64,000 bases of DNA from Eukaryota sp. GEM-RC1 (taxonomy: Eukaryota): positions 1,364,001 to 1,428,000 of the forward strand of contig JAUFOQ010000003.1 of the NCBI GenBank assembly GCA_040285855.1, in the 5' to 3' direction. Each line of letters begins with the position of its first letter. Within the stretch, counting starts at the first letter, position 1. Below the pieces are notes generated by a model. It was not told the origin of the DNA and searched no databases. It saw only the letters and a list, made by a program, of their open reading frames with translations. The translations under genes and the position numbers were made by a program. Shown piece by piece: positions 9,634 to 21,561 of the stretch.

Positions 9634-11145
9634 CTAATGGTCATGACTTTCCATGTAATTGTTCCTCGCAAACTCACGCATTTGTCTAAAACGCTGTCGA
9701 AGGTTCTCTGCCCTAATTGCGCTGTCAGTGGAAAACGACGAAGAATTTCCCCCTCTAAAAACTTGTTGAGACTGAATTGGTATAGGCTCAGAAGGAGGAG
9801 AAGGTGGGTGTGCTTGTTCTTGAGGTTCAGGTTCTTGAGGTAAAGTCAGTAGTTCCTCAATAGCAAGATCAACGGATCTAGTTCTAGACAAAGCGGCAAT
9901 GATAACGTCTTCTGATAGGGATGGGAACATTTCTTGGATCATAGTCAAGACTCTTTGATGAGTAATAGAGGATCTGGAGGGTCGAGGACTAGTGTTGAGT
10001 GGAATTCTGTGAGAGCAAATGGGACATCTTCGTATTGAGGATGATATAGAGAGGAAACAATTAGAATGTAGGCAATGGGAACATTCGAGCCTCACAGGAT
10101 TCCCTTGTGTAAGGGAAGCTCTGCAGATAGCACAGACCTCATCAGGAGAGAAAGACGAAGGAGGAACAGGGGTAACAACAGAGAGGAGGCGTCTGTTTAC
10201 CATCAAACATGTTTTGAACAAATGCAATGCTCGTTTGAAAGGAGATGCTAAAGGTAGGACACTAAAGAGGAAGTAGCAAAGACAAATAATGAATGAAATC
10301 TCAGGTAATTGAGAGCGGTTGAGGAAGGAACTGCAGAAGTAAATCGTGCTCATTTGAATCAAAAAGATAGAGAGACCATCACAGAATGCAAAAATCTTAG
10401 TCCTAGAATCACAAGAAAAAGATGATAAGTGACGGTAGATACCAAGACCAAATTCTAAGCAAAGGTAAGTATATCTGGAGAGATAAATAATGGAAAGAAT
10501 GATGTCATAGAATAAGGCCGATTTAATAGTAGTACTGCTTATGAAAGGATTTGAATTGAGATTTCTTAGTAAAGAAATGACTCTTGTCCAAGAAACAACA
10601 AGGGACAGCAATATAGAAGGGGTTTTCCAAAGATAGTGGCCATGCTGGAGAAGTTCTGGTAAGTGGAAGGAGAAACACGAAGGTACAAGATTTAACAGAA
10701 ACAAACCTGAAGTAACACCAGATGCATAGATCCGCTCCTGTACCGGGGGTCCTTCAATAGACAAATATAGAACAACTCTGAAAGCAACGGCTGACAGAAT
10801 GTGCTGGTTCTTGTTCTGCAAAGGAATATCGCGAAGACAGAAGAGCATTAAGGGACATGCCAAGAGTGATTGTACGAGAGTGAAACGGGTGAATCTTGGC
10901 ATATTTTCATTTTGCATCCACGCTGCAGGATCATCATGAAAGATCTGGAAGGGATTTAAACCATATTTTACAAAAGAAGTGAAAAGAACAGTCATGACAA
11001 CTAATGTTGTTGTGATGAACGAACGACTGATAACGATTTGCATGGAATATGGTCGTTGCAAGTGAAAGGAGTGGTGATGGGACAATGACTTTACCAAAGT
11101 GGAATCCATTTTGACTCTTGATGACCATGACCTACGAAGTGACAT
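9634..11145 (-). CDS. AMFR: AMFR/gp78-like ERAD E3 ubiquitin ligase (multi-TM, RING-H2, CUE, G2BR-like tail)
   Basis: Hydrophobic N-terminal half, CAIC..C.H..H..C..CPIC RING, MIQEMFP...SVDLAIEELL CUE, and C-terminal FSTDSAIRAENLRQRFRQMREFAR resembling G2BR. Start codon uncertain. Confidence 0.8.
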   Translation of the reverse strand: MSLRRSWSSRVKMDSTLVKSLSHHHSFHLQRPYSMQIVISRSFITTTLVVMTVLFTSFVKYGLNPFQIFHDDPAAWMQNENMPRFTRFTLVQSLLACPLMLFCLRDIPLQNKNQHILSAVAFRVVLYLSIEGPPVQERIYASGVTSGLFLLNLVPSCFSFHLPELLQHGHYLWKTPSILLSLVVSWTRVISLLRNLNSNPFISSTTIKSALFYDIILSIIYLSRYTYLCLEFGLGIYRHLSSFSCDSRTKIFAFCDGLSIFLIQMSTIYFCSSFLNRSQLPEISFIICLCYFLFSVLPLASPFKRALHLFKTCLMVNRRLLSVVTPVPPSSFSPDEVCAICRASLTQGNPVRLECSHCLHSNCFLSISSSIRRCPICSHRIPLNTSPRPSRSSITHQRVLTMIQEMFPSLSEDVIIAALSRTRSVDLAIEELLTLPQEPEPQEQAHPPSPPSEPIPIQSQQVFRGGNSSSFSTDSAIRAENLRQRFRQMREFARNNYMESHDH

Positions 11146-11224
11146 GTTCTTCTATCAAGATTCAGATAGAACTTCATATACTCATATGCCACTAATATAC
11201 TTTTGTTTACTTTGGTTACTTTTG

Positions 11225-11464
11225 TTTCAACCTTTTGCGATGTCGATATACGGTAAAATTGGACCAGCTGCACAAGGTTTTTTAACTTCCTTCGGTAAAT
11301 TGAGTTCTGAGTACGGTAAAGTTTTTAATGAAAATTTTTGGTTGAGTAGGTTAACGTCTGCGTTGTTTCGTTCAATGCACAGATATTTTAATTCAATTTT
11401 AGGTAAGTTGTTCAGTGATGGACAGAAGGATCATAATTTAGATACTTTAGTCAGTGTCTGTTAG
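11225..11464 (+). mobile_element. Short 3' fragment of a CRE-like element (B-related subfamily)
   Basis: FQPFAMSIYGKIGPAAQGFL...KVFNENFWLSRL parallels the RLE C-terminus of subfamily B. Confidence 0.75.
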
Positions 11465-11564
11465 TTATTAACTGCTGCAAATGTACTTATTTCACTGACT
11501 AATCATAAACCCCGTCTTTTTATATACTTCTTCTGATTGTTAAATATATCAACTTAATTATAAG

Positions 11565-12850
11565 AGTTTATTTGCAACAATAAATTAATACATACTAATT
11601 CAGAAAATGAAAGAAGTTAAATTCTCCACATCAACACGAGAATTGTCCCTATACAACTTTGAATAAATGGAACATAAATACTTGGGAATGCTTCTATAAA
11701 GAGCGAACATAATTCGATTAATCCATACAGCGCTATTAAACACCTTGCCATTAGAACGACATAAAAGACTAAAATCACTGAAAAACTTTAAACCGGCTGG
11801 ACCAGTTTTACCAAAAATTGAAATGGCAAATGGAACAAATGAAAACTTAGAATATAGATTTTCATTAAGCTTCTGCAAAGCATCCGCATAATTTGAACAC
11901 TTTCGTTGTTCAGCCTTTTCCAGATGACCATTCGAATCATTCAATATGGAGTCTTGGTAGACTTTTGCAAACGGGTCAACTGTAGTAAAATCAACCACAA
12001 CTTGAGATGAATCCAGGAAAGGAGCAATTAAGTCACCACGCCGAGAATCAAACACGTTATTGTCACTATAATGTTTCAGAAGAGGTTCAATTTTACAACT
12101 ATAATTGTAGGATTTGAACATTTCATAAGTAACGTCACGAACAGCGTTATGTAGAACAGATCGAAATTGCAAAAATTTCTTGTAACTAACAACATGACGA
12201 AATGTGGCTGTAGATCGGTTATCGCAAACACAGATTGAATTATTTAGCAAACCACTAGGGAATAAACCTAAACGAAGACGCATATTTTGCTTCCAAGCAT
12301 CATTGTTCAAATGTAAACCAAAAGGTCTAGGTTGTTGAGTGATGAAGCTAGAACATTGTTGAATGTCACATAAAAAAGCTGCAAAGACGGGATTATCAAT
12401 CTTAAGTCTTTTACTAAAATCCAAGTCTTCCAACCCAAGTAATGTAGCATTCTGTAACTTAACTACAGCAAGAGGTAGAAATTCAATTGACCGATCAGGA
12501 ATAGATGAAACACTTTTCGGGAAACTTTTGTTCCAAACTTCAATAGGCAAACCTTGAACTACGTCCTCCAAAGAGTTCAATAAAGCGTAAGAGCCGTCTA
12601 CAACTGAATCGAAAATATTTTCGAACCGAAGCTTACTCTCAAAAGAAAGTTCTTCATACCACCAACAAAAGCACTTTTACATAAATACTCAGCTCTTGAA
12701 AAACCAACACCACCAAATTTTGAACTGAAAAAGGCATGATAAGGAATTTTGGAACTATTGATTTCAACCAAATTCCCTAAAAATTGAGTTCTCAAAGAGT
12801 TGAACTCACGAGCAAAACCAAGAGAAAGCTCAGGTGAAAATAATAACTTA
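11565..12850 (-). mobile_element. 5'-truncated CRE-like retrotransposon, subfamily B
   Basis: FGGVG, MRLRLG, CVC..H, LHNAVRD, IEP, RRGDL..VVDF and KCSNY motifs; AATAAA after the stop. Confidence 0.9.
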
Positions 12851-12892
12851 ATATTATTAAGTTTTTGACAAACTGGTTTTATCATAAAAGTA

Positions 12893-13357
12893 CCAAGTCA
12901 ACCATAAATTGAAATTGCAAAATGACATAATTTGTACTCAACATGTCTAATATGTTTGAGAGCAGTCAATGGTTCGTCAAATTTGTTTCTCTTGTATTGT
13001 TCTGAAAAATCCAGTGGGGAAACTTCATTATCAGCATCCTTGAATGCACTTTTTTTGCAAACATCCACAGTAATCACATCAACAACGGTTAGTTCATCAT
13101 TGACTGATGGAACTATAACATCAGCTCTTCTTTTACCAAAAGTCTTATCAAAATCACTATTTTTTAAATTTTTGATTTCCAGTGATCTCAACAGTGGCTC
13201 AACAAAAGATTCGATTTTGTAGGACTTAGCCATGGCATTAATTTGGTCTCTGACAGCATCATGAATACAAGTTCTTCAAGTAATGAAACGATTACAACTC
13301 AAAAGGTGAGAAAAAGTAAGTAATTTACCACATTTACATTGAAGATCATTATGTAAA
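12893..13357 (-). mobile_element. Internal RLE fragment of CRE-like subfamily A
   Basis: Near-identical to 3700-4150 (ESFVEPLLRSL..RRADVIVP..VVDVITVDVC). Confidence 0.9.
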
Positions 13358-13379
13358 TACTAGTAATAGGCAATCTGGA

Positions 13380-13848
13380 ATCTGAAGATATTTATTGTTA
13401 CATGTATGTACACTGTAGTGTTTCTATCAATGAAAATTTGATTGTTGGAATCTCCAAATATTTGGAAATTTGTTATAAAAGATATGACCTTTGTTAACTC
13501 TTTCAAAATGAAGCCATTGATACTTTTAAAATATGTCTCCCGAGTGTTGCTTTTTTAGGCTTCGGCATTAGAAAGTATTATGAGAAATGTCAATTAAAAT
13601 GTCAATGAAAGGATCTAATTCAATGAACACTGGTCTAAAATAATGTATCGTATATCGACAATTGTTTAGATATGCGAGACCAAAACAACAACGATCTAAG
13701 TACACATAAGACAAAAAAAAGTACATGAGAACGAAAAGCAGTTCCCACAATGATTACAAGCGCTTTTCTGTCAGTGAGTATTATGAAGACAAAGCTTCAA
13801 CAATGTTCGATTCTAAGGAATCTTGCTTTGATTATATTGATTTTTAGA
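13380..13848 (+). mobile_element. Degraded 3' fragment of another CRE-like subfamily
   Basis: Ends ..LSVSEYYEDKASTMFDSKESCFDYIDF*, homologous to the subfamily A C-terminus. Confidence 0.65.
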
Positions 13849-13970
13849 CTATTTATTTCATTATATCTATAAATACTTAACAACATTATTCAAAAGAAAG
13901 AACGAACTACTGTTAAGAAAAAAACTACAATAGTTGAAAAATTGAATCTTCAAATTTGTCCCCTTAACAG

Positions 13971-15953
13971 ATGAGTCATAGAGGAGGGACAAATACCAAC
14001 AGGACTCGCTATCGCAGCCAATCTCTCAGCTTTCCTCCGAGAATACGACAGCTCTTACATGCATACTTTAAGAACGCCAAGAATTGTCTTTCTATAACAG
14101 AGTTCTTGGATTCTACTCTTGTTGCTGTCAATAAGCAAAACAAGTCTGAACGTGATGAACTATTCAACAAACTGGTGGACCTTCATGCCAATATCTGTGT
14201 AGGATGTTGCCATTTTCCTTCTGGCTACGAGACTCTCTTCACTGCCTTGAGTAAACCAATCAACAACGAGACCGGTTCTTCTATCTTTGTTCTTCCAGGT
14301 CAAGTCCGCCTTACTTCTCCTAACCCATCATCACTTTCCTTTGCTCATGCCGCTGTAGAACATCGTGTTGCCCAAATGAACTGTCAAACCAGAGCCCACG
14401 TTCTCTTCATCCATGTCCCTCGAAACTCCCCTCGAAGATTCAAGTTTGAACCTCACCCTAGTGCCCCAGATGACCTACGACTAGTCTCCCTACCAGAAGC
14501 TCAGGATTCTGAAAAGCCTTGCTCAGACGCTGCCATTTTCCCTGGAGCCCACATCCACTCCTTAATAGTTCTAGCTGACTTGAATGATCCTGACCACATG
14601 AGAAGTGTCCTCAAGGCAGCATTTGAACTTGCCAATGGTTGGGATAGCAGCGTGGTCCAACGGTCAGCAAACTCTAACAGTGCCACTCCTCAAAAGCCTG
14701 TCACTGATGGTTCTGCTTCCCTCTCATCCCGAGTTCAACATTTAATGTTCTATTGTAGAAAGAACGGGGATGAAGGAAACCAAATGTCCAAAAGTGCGTT
14801 AATGCGTCAAGATATTTCCACTCAGGAATTGGTTCAACTACTTCAAGACAGAACTTTGGACTATACCATCAAACATCCTCACCCAAGCGAATTCTCTGGT
14901 ATAATTAGAAGTACAATGGATGGCAGTGAGTTCAATGATGACGAGAATGAATTTGCTAGGTTATTTGGACTTGGTTACGTGGCAAACCTTCCTCGTTCAT
15001 ATGGTGATTCTTCCATTGACCCTAATGATCGCTGTTTCTCGAGAATTCAACACTGGTTCTCTCTTTCTCCTGACAAAAGTTCTATTAAAGATACAGTGGT
15101 GATACTACCAACTAGACCAAACATTGCCATGGACTTTATTTTACCACATTCCTATGGTGTGGGTTCTTTGCAATTAAGATTCCACTTCAACACTAGGCTA
15201 CCCACCCCTCCTGTTATGTCTCATTTGCATGAGTTCGTTAACGATGCTCATAGTGATTTGCTTAATGTCATGAAGGCCACGATGAAACAAGGTTGTTATG
15301 CAGCTCATGATTTGACTGTCACAGATCATTTAGAACCAGGTATTGAGCCCAATAGTTCAAAGTTACCTTTACCACCAAGAGGTTTAAGTCAAGTATTTGA
15401 AAGAATTGTTGAATCTTCTGAAAAAGTTAAATTTTATTGTGATGAAGAGTCTCCAGAAACTTCAAAGAAAATTAGAATTCATAAGTCAATGGGAAATACT
15501 TGGAAAGACTCTGCTTGTGACTGGTTACTTGAAACTAGAGACGTTGGAATGACTCAGGAGGGATTAGTTGTTCTACATAACACTAATACAAACAGTCCTG
15601 ATCAACGACAGGAAGCGGTGTTTTTCACGAAAATTTGGGATAATTTTGGTCCTCTTGATGACGTTGAGCAGCAACGCCTTGAAAATTTCGTGTCTTTTGG
15701 AAGTTCGCCTACTCTTTCAACTATCATGTCAGCTGCTGCTCAACCGTTTGCTGGTAGTTACCCTGAACTTTTGAATGATCAATCCATTTCAGACGTTAAA
15801 GATTTCCTCTCTGATACTATGAATGTTTTGTGTAATTATCATCAAAAAAAGGAGGCGTTATTCTTCAAAAAAAGAGTAAATTTGAGGAGAGATTCGTTCG
15901 AAATGGACGTTGATGACGACAGTTTCTTTTGTTTTACCCTAGGAAACAATTAA
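13971..15953 (+). CDS. Hypothetical protein, 660 aa, no family recognised
   Basis: Long uninterrupted ATG-initiated ORF in AT-rich DNA, with coding-like composition and an AT-rich 3' region. Confidence 0.8.
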   Translation: MSHRGGTNTNRTRYRSQSLSFPPRIRQLLHAYFKNAKNCLSITEFLDSTLVAVNKQNKSERDELFNKLVDLHANICVGCCHFPSGYETLFTALSKPINNETGSSIFVLPGQVRLTSPNPSSLSFAHAAVEHRVAQMNCQTRAHVLFIHVPRNSPRRFKFEPHPSAPDDLRLVSLPEAQDSEKPCSDAAIFPGAHIHSLIVLADLNDPDHMRSVLKAAFELANGWDSSVVQRSANSNSATPQKPVTDGSASLSSRVQHLMFYCRKNGDEGNQMSKSALMRQDISTQELVQLLQDRTLDYTIKHPHPSEFSGIIRSTMDGSEFNDDENEFARLFGLGYVANLPRSYGDSSIDPNDRCFSRIQHWFSLSPDKSSIKDTVVILPTRPNIAMDFILPHSYGVGSLQLRFHFNTRLPTPPVMSHLHEFVNDAHSDLLNVMKATMKQGCYAAHDLTVTDHLEPGIEPNSSKLPLPPRGLSQVFERIVESSEKVKFYCDEESPETSKKIRIHKSMGNTWKDSACDWLLETRDVGMTQEGLVVLHNTNTNSPDQRQEAVFFTKIWDNFGPLDDVEQQRLENFVSFGSSPTLSTIMSAAAQPFAGSYPELLNDQSISDVKDFLSDTMNVLCNYHQKKEALFFKKRVNLRRDSFEMDVDDDSFFCFTLGNN

Positions 15954-16103
15954 TTAGTAATTCATGATTGTGCTATTGAATTAGAATTGAATTACTTTGT
16001 ATATTTGAAAAATTATGTTTATCGCTCAAAAATTCATGTTTATAGGCAAAATTCAATTGTGTATGACTTGTAATAAATCCAATTGTTGAATTATATTCAA
16101 GTT

Positions 16104-19100
16104 TTAGTCACTTTCAGATCCACTTTCTTCATCCTGAGAAGTTTCGTCATCAAGGAAAGTAAGGCCTAACGACTTTCTCATTTGAATTATTTCATCTTCT
16201 CTCAAAACAGGTAAAGTTTTAAATTTTGAAGCATACAAGGTCGGTGGACTTTCGATCTGGTTATTCTCTAACAATTCAATTAAATCTCTTTTAAAAGAAG
16301 CCTGAATTTGTTGACATTCTGTCCTATTTAATTTTGTTAGAGTTGATTGTGAAGTTGTAAATAAATCTTCCATCACTAATTCTGTGAAATATCGGAATTG
16401 TTTACGAAGACTTTGTAATTTTAAAACTATTTCGTGCCTGAAATAATAAGTTCGTTGAAAAGCCGTGCCTCTGAATCTTGAACTTAGAATGTAAGTTTTG
16501 TTGGAAGACGAGTCTACGGAAGGTGTTAGCACGACATCACTACCAAATAAACAATGTAGAATTAAATGAGGATAATGCCAATTAGCTGGGAAAAGGGTGT
16601 TAAATCTTGAAAAATGAGACACCGTTCCACTTTTAATAGTACTAGTACAATTAGTTGAAACCCCCACTAACCCCCCGTTAAACGACGTCAACGAATCAAA
16701 AGCTAACCCATAACCAAACACTATCGAAGTATTTGGAATGGCAACGTTCTCTGCAGGGTAGAAGCAGAGGGAGGGCTTGGTTGGAGAACCAGAGAAAGGA
16801 GGAAGTTGTATGGCTTGGCACTTTAGAGTTGGAGGTGGTATTCTAGCAAAAGCTTCAACAACCTGACTGAAACAACCTTTTGGTAAAAAGACTTGAAGGA
16901 GTTAAACTGGGGGAAAAACTAACTAGAAAATCGTTAGAAAGCGGACTGTCTAATTTAGTGACAGTAAATGAGGGTAAAACAAGTTGTTCATTGATGACAG
17001 CAGTAAGAGAGTCGGAATCGATTGAGGAATCAACTTCTTTTAAAATTACATAATTAACATCAGTTTTTGACTTTGGAGTGACATTTCGGAAATTAAAAAT
17101 TGCCCTGTCAGCCTCGGGTTTTAAACAGAACAATGATTGACAAAAAGTAGCTCCCAGAATTAGAAAAATACCCCGGAAAACATCCTTGTGTGTGGAGAAC
17201 TGAATAAAGTTCTTATGTTCCTTCATTGACAATAAATTTGGATTCAAATAAGTGTGAACAGAAGAGTTCTTCACGCCATCTGACACAGTTTCTTCATCAA
17301 AACAAGGAACCATTGAGTCTTGAAAAGGTTCAAAATTGACGACTGTATTGGAGTCCAAATCACCTTCATCAATCAGATCATCATCGTCATCAGAGTCGAA
17401 AGTCAACAACCTTCCCTTTGATTTATGACTCTGTGAAAGTTCAGTCAAAACTTGATTGACGACGTCTTGCTGAATCCACAACGACTTCATTCTTCTAACT
17501 GCATCTAATTTCGAAGGTTGCTTCGTAAGCCTAAAGAAGGAAAGTATACTCTTCAATTGGTAAACATAGTCATCAATCTCCCTCAGCCAAAACCCTGATA
17601 AATAATGTTCTTGAAGGAATTCCTTTTCTTCTTCAATTGAACTAAACTGTTCGAAATGTTGCGTCCATTTGGTATAACCATTGATTGCAGCGGTGTGGTC
17701 GCTACGGTAACCCCCACTCAAGCTCAAAAGACTTTCAAAGACTTGTGGACCGATTTCTCGAGAAGAGATCACTGGTGATGACCTTACAAGAATCGAAGCT
17801 AAAATGATTGCGTAATCAAGCATTCCAAGACAAACACCACGAACAAGGAGCATTGATAAATTCCAAGAAAGCGGAATAACTGAGAGAAACTGTCCCAGAG
17901 CTGTCCTAGTAAAAGCACGTGTTGACGACGTGGCAAGAGGTCGTAAAGCACCACAGTCAACAAGATTCTGCAAGACCGAGTCAATGCTGGTCAAACTAGG
18001 TGGATCCATGCACTGCTGAAGAATATCTATAGGTGATGACGAAACTCCCGAGACCTTCAGAATAACATCATCTAAACAAGACGTCTGAATCTCTGTCTGG
18101 GAATACACATCCATCTCTAGAAAGAAACTTTTTGGAATTAACCTAAAACACTTACCTGGAGCAACTCTCCCAGATCGCCCCTCACGTTGAATGGCAGAAT
18201 CCTGGGAGATCCAGGTTTCTCTGAGGAATGAGTGTCCTGAATTGGAGTTGTAGAATAGACTCTTTTTAATACAAGTATCAATGACTACAAAGACATCAGG
18301 AATTGTTAGGGAAGATTCAGCAATGTCAGTAGCCATTATGATCTTAATTTTACCATTGGCAGCAGGAGAAAAGAGGATTTCCTGTTCTTCAATAGAGACA
18401 GTCGAATGAGCTATACAAAACTCAAACCTTAATGGATACAACGCAGATATATAAGCTATCCACTCATGAATTGAAGCGATACCTGGCAAGAAAATCAACA
18501 AAGAACTAACAGAAATATTTCTTTCCAGAGTTGGTAACAGGTAGCCAATCAGATTTCCAACGATTTCAACAAGGAGCTCAGAATGGAAACGAGGTTTGGA
18601 GATTATAAAGTCAACAACGTCAATAGTAGTCCCAGTAAGATTGAGAATATCTTCTAAATAGGAAACTTCCACATTAAATCTTCGACCCTCAATGTTAATG
18701 ATTGGAGCCACACGTGTATCTACACTGAAAGAGGAAGGTATGATCTCATCATCATCAGTGACATCAACATTAAATCCTCCATAATATTTTGATAACTTGT
18801 CCACATTCGCCGTAGCTGAGCACAGGAACACCCTCAAGTCTGTATTTTTAACCAATCGTTCTCTCAACAAAACTAGTGACAAGTCTACCTCCATTGACCT
18901 TTCATGAACTTCATCAAGAACAATGTGACTGAAAGAGTTGATAGTGTCATTTCTAGTTAAATTCAACAGTACACCAACAGTACAATAAACAATTCTTGTA
19001 GCATCACAAGCAACCTTCCTTCCTCCAATATGATATCCAACTTCACTACCAAGAACCACGCCTCGTTGGTGAGCAACGTAATTAGCTAAAGCAACTGCTG

Positions 19101-19890
19101 CTAGTCTTCGAGGTTGAGCTACTAGAACTCTGACGTTTACATGATTAGAGGGGTAAGAATCAACAATCAAAGTGGGAAGGTGCGAGCTCTTGCCTGTTCC
19201 AGTTCCACCGGTAACAATAATTGCTCGATGATGATTGATTAAATGTTTGAATTGACCCTCATATTTCATAATAGGCAAGTCTTCTGATACTTTCCTGGGT
19301 TTGATTGATCTCAACTGATGACCTCGTAAAGCTGCGTGCAAAGACAGGGTAACATTTGATGAATTTAAATCTAACCTTGACACTTCGGGATAACACCTCT
19401 CAGGAATTCTGTTGGTACTAGCACCCACCCTCTCCCAAGCAACACCCTTGGAAGAGACAATGTAACATCCAGGACCAGGAACACGGTGAGCAAGAACATA
19501 GAGCACAAGAACCATTTGGCCTCGAAGATGATTTAAAGTTTTACCAACAGTCTGTTGAACTAAAGGATATGGTTGGATATGGACAAAGTGGTGAGGAATA
19601 GGAGGAAAGGAAGCATCCAAGTGAGAGCAGACGATGGATCTAAGTGAGTCAATACCTTTGTCAGAGAGAGAAACACCTCTGATAACACTGTCGTCAGCAA
19701 CACCAACATACAGAACACCACCTAGAGCATTGAGGAAGGCATTGGTGTAACGTAGAAAGTGATTTCCGACTCTGGTAATGACAACTTCTTCGTTTTTTGA
19801 CAAATCTCGCTTGAATTCTACTTGGTTGTCTTCTTCAAGAGGAACAACTTCGTGTTGAATGAATTGACGAGGAAGCAGATTCCGAGACAA
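16104..19890 (-). CDS. Schlafen/AlbA_2 domain fused to a DEAH-box RNA helicase (Spindle-E/TDRD9-like), ~1250 aa; one frame break near 16880
   Basis: N-term EEDNQVEFK..AFLNALGGVLYVGVADD..IRGV..WERVGAST; helicase GGTGTGKSS, QPRRLAA, DEVHER, SAT, ATDIAESSLTIPDV, QREGRSGR; HA2 region. The frame of ORF 16104-16721 stays open back to ~16880 (GCFSQVVEAF..NTSIVFGYG). The 5' end is unresolved (no in-frame ATG; possible ATG at 19997 after a 1-nt shift). Confidence 0.85.
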
Positions 19891-20064
19891 GTCACTGTCA
19901 ATAGAAGTTGGTTGGAAACTTATAGAAGTAACTTCATCGACATAAGAAGAGATTTTATCTGTTCTTCTGAGTACTCAAGAACAGATGCAAGTAACATTAA
20001 GGGAAGAGGATCTAATAAAGGGAAAAGTACAACTGCATCAGATTTTTCTGGCAAAAGTCTCTCT

Positions 20065-21463
20065 ATGGATTGGCCTTCAAATACCGAACAACGTGCATCA
20101 GCGCTTCTTCGGAATGTTTTTGGACATACTTCTTGGAGGTCTGGACAAGATGAAGTTATTGTTTCACTTCTTCGCTCTTATAACGTACTTTACAATGCAC
20201 CCACGTCTCTAGGAAAGTCCTTACCTTTCCAACTGTGTAGCCTTCTCATGCCAGGAGTCTCCTTCATCTGTTATCCCTTGGTGTCCCTGATCCAAGATCA
20301 AAGGGCTAAACTTGAGAGCTTGAAAATATCTACAGGGATTATTGCTCCTTCATTGGATCCTATTCAGTCTACCATTACCCTTCAAGCTCTCACCAATTAT
20401 TCGTCTTCTTCTTCCATTAAAATCGTGCTGACCACTCCTGAGTCATTACTTTCCTTCAAAACCAAGAGGCTACTCCAATTACTTCATAATCAGAGTAGAC
20501 TTTCCTTTTTGCATTGGACGAGGCTCATTTGATTGATGAGTGGTCGTCTTGGCGAAAAAAGCTATGAGAAAAATGAGAGAAGTTAAGGAATTATTTCCAT
20601 CGATACCAATTCTTCTAACTACCGCAACGGCAACTAAAAGCAGTCGTCAAACGATTTTAAATATTTTAGGAATTGGGAATAATTGCAAGATTATTACTTT
20701 TCCAGTGAACCGACCAGAAATTAAATATTCTGTTATATTTAAAGAGTTAGTTCTGAGCCCATTCAATACTTTAATTAGTGAAATTCAAAGACTTTTAACT
20801 TTAAAAAACAAAAGAGGAATCATATTCGTGCACAAAAAACAAACAGCGGAAGAATTGTACACTGTACTCAAACCATCTTTCCCCAATACATTTCTCTATC
20901 ACGGAAACCTTCCCGTTCAGGACAGGAGTACAGCCCAATCACTTTGGTCACAGACAACTGATTCTCTGATAGTCTGTACGGTAGCTTTTGGTTTAGGTGT
21001 TGACTGTGTTTGTGATTTTGTTATTCATTATAGTACTCCTCAAAGTCTTCATCAATTTTATCAAGAAAGTTCCCGATCTGGAAGGAGACAGGATGATTCT
21101 GAAAGTATCCTATTTTATGATCGAAATGATGTTCACTACTACATTAGGTTATTTAAAATATCTGTGAATAATTTGGACAGAAACCGTGTGAATGTTGAAA
21201 AGAATTTAAATAATCAAATGAAAGAATTAGAAGATGTGGTAGACTATTGCGAAACCGGACAATGTAGACGAAAAGTAATTCTACGATATTTTAACAATAA
21301 GTTGCCAGATCAGAAAAACAAAAGATGCTGCGATGTATGTGATGATCCGCGAAAAAATCGAGACCAATTGCAAAAACTTGAATTAATTGACCAAAAACAA
21401 CAACAAGTAGACTGTTTTTCAGAAAAAGTACTATTCCTTATCCAGCTGAGGGAACAAAAATGA
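20065..21463 (+). CDS. RecQ-family DNA helicase (core plus RQC zinc-binding region), frameshifted at homopolymers 20505-20575
   Basis: FGHTSWRSGQ, PTSLGKS, PLVSLIQDQ, TPE, TATAT, YHG, TVAFGLGVD, YQESSRSGR, CRR..CCDVC. The missing DEAH motif appears in the intervening frame: ALDEAHLIDEWSSWR. Confidence 0.9.
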
Positions 21464-21561
21464 AACCAGAACTACCTAAATTAATGACAGCAAGTCAGCG
21501 TGCGAAATTGAATTTGCTGAACAGAAAGAAAAACTCACAGGTTTTACCAAAATTCAAAATA

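Noticed and set aside
20500..20580. Programmed ribosomal frameshifting or pseudogenisation of RecQ
   Set aside because: Three 1-nt changes in runs (T5, A6, A5) restore FFALDEAHLIDEWSSWRKSYEKMREV. Near-identical repeat copies elsewhere also differ in run length (e.g. T7 vs T8 near 43520 and 47560), so homopolymer sequencing error is the simpler explanation.
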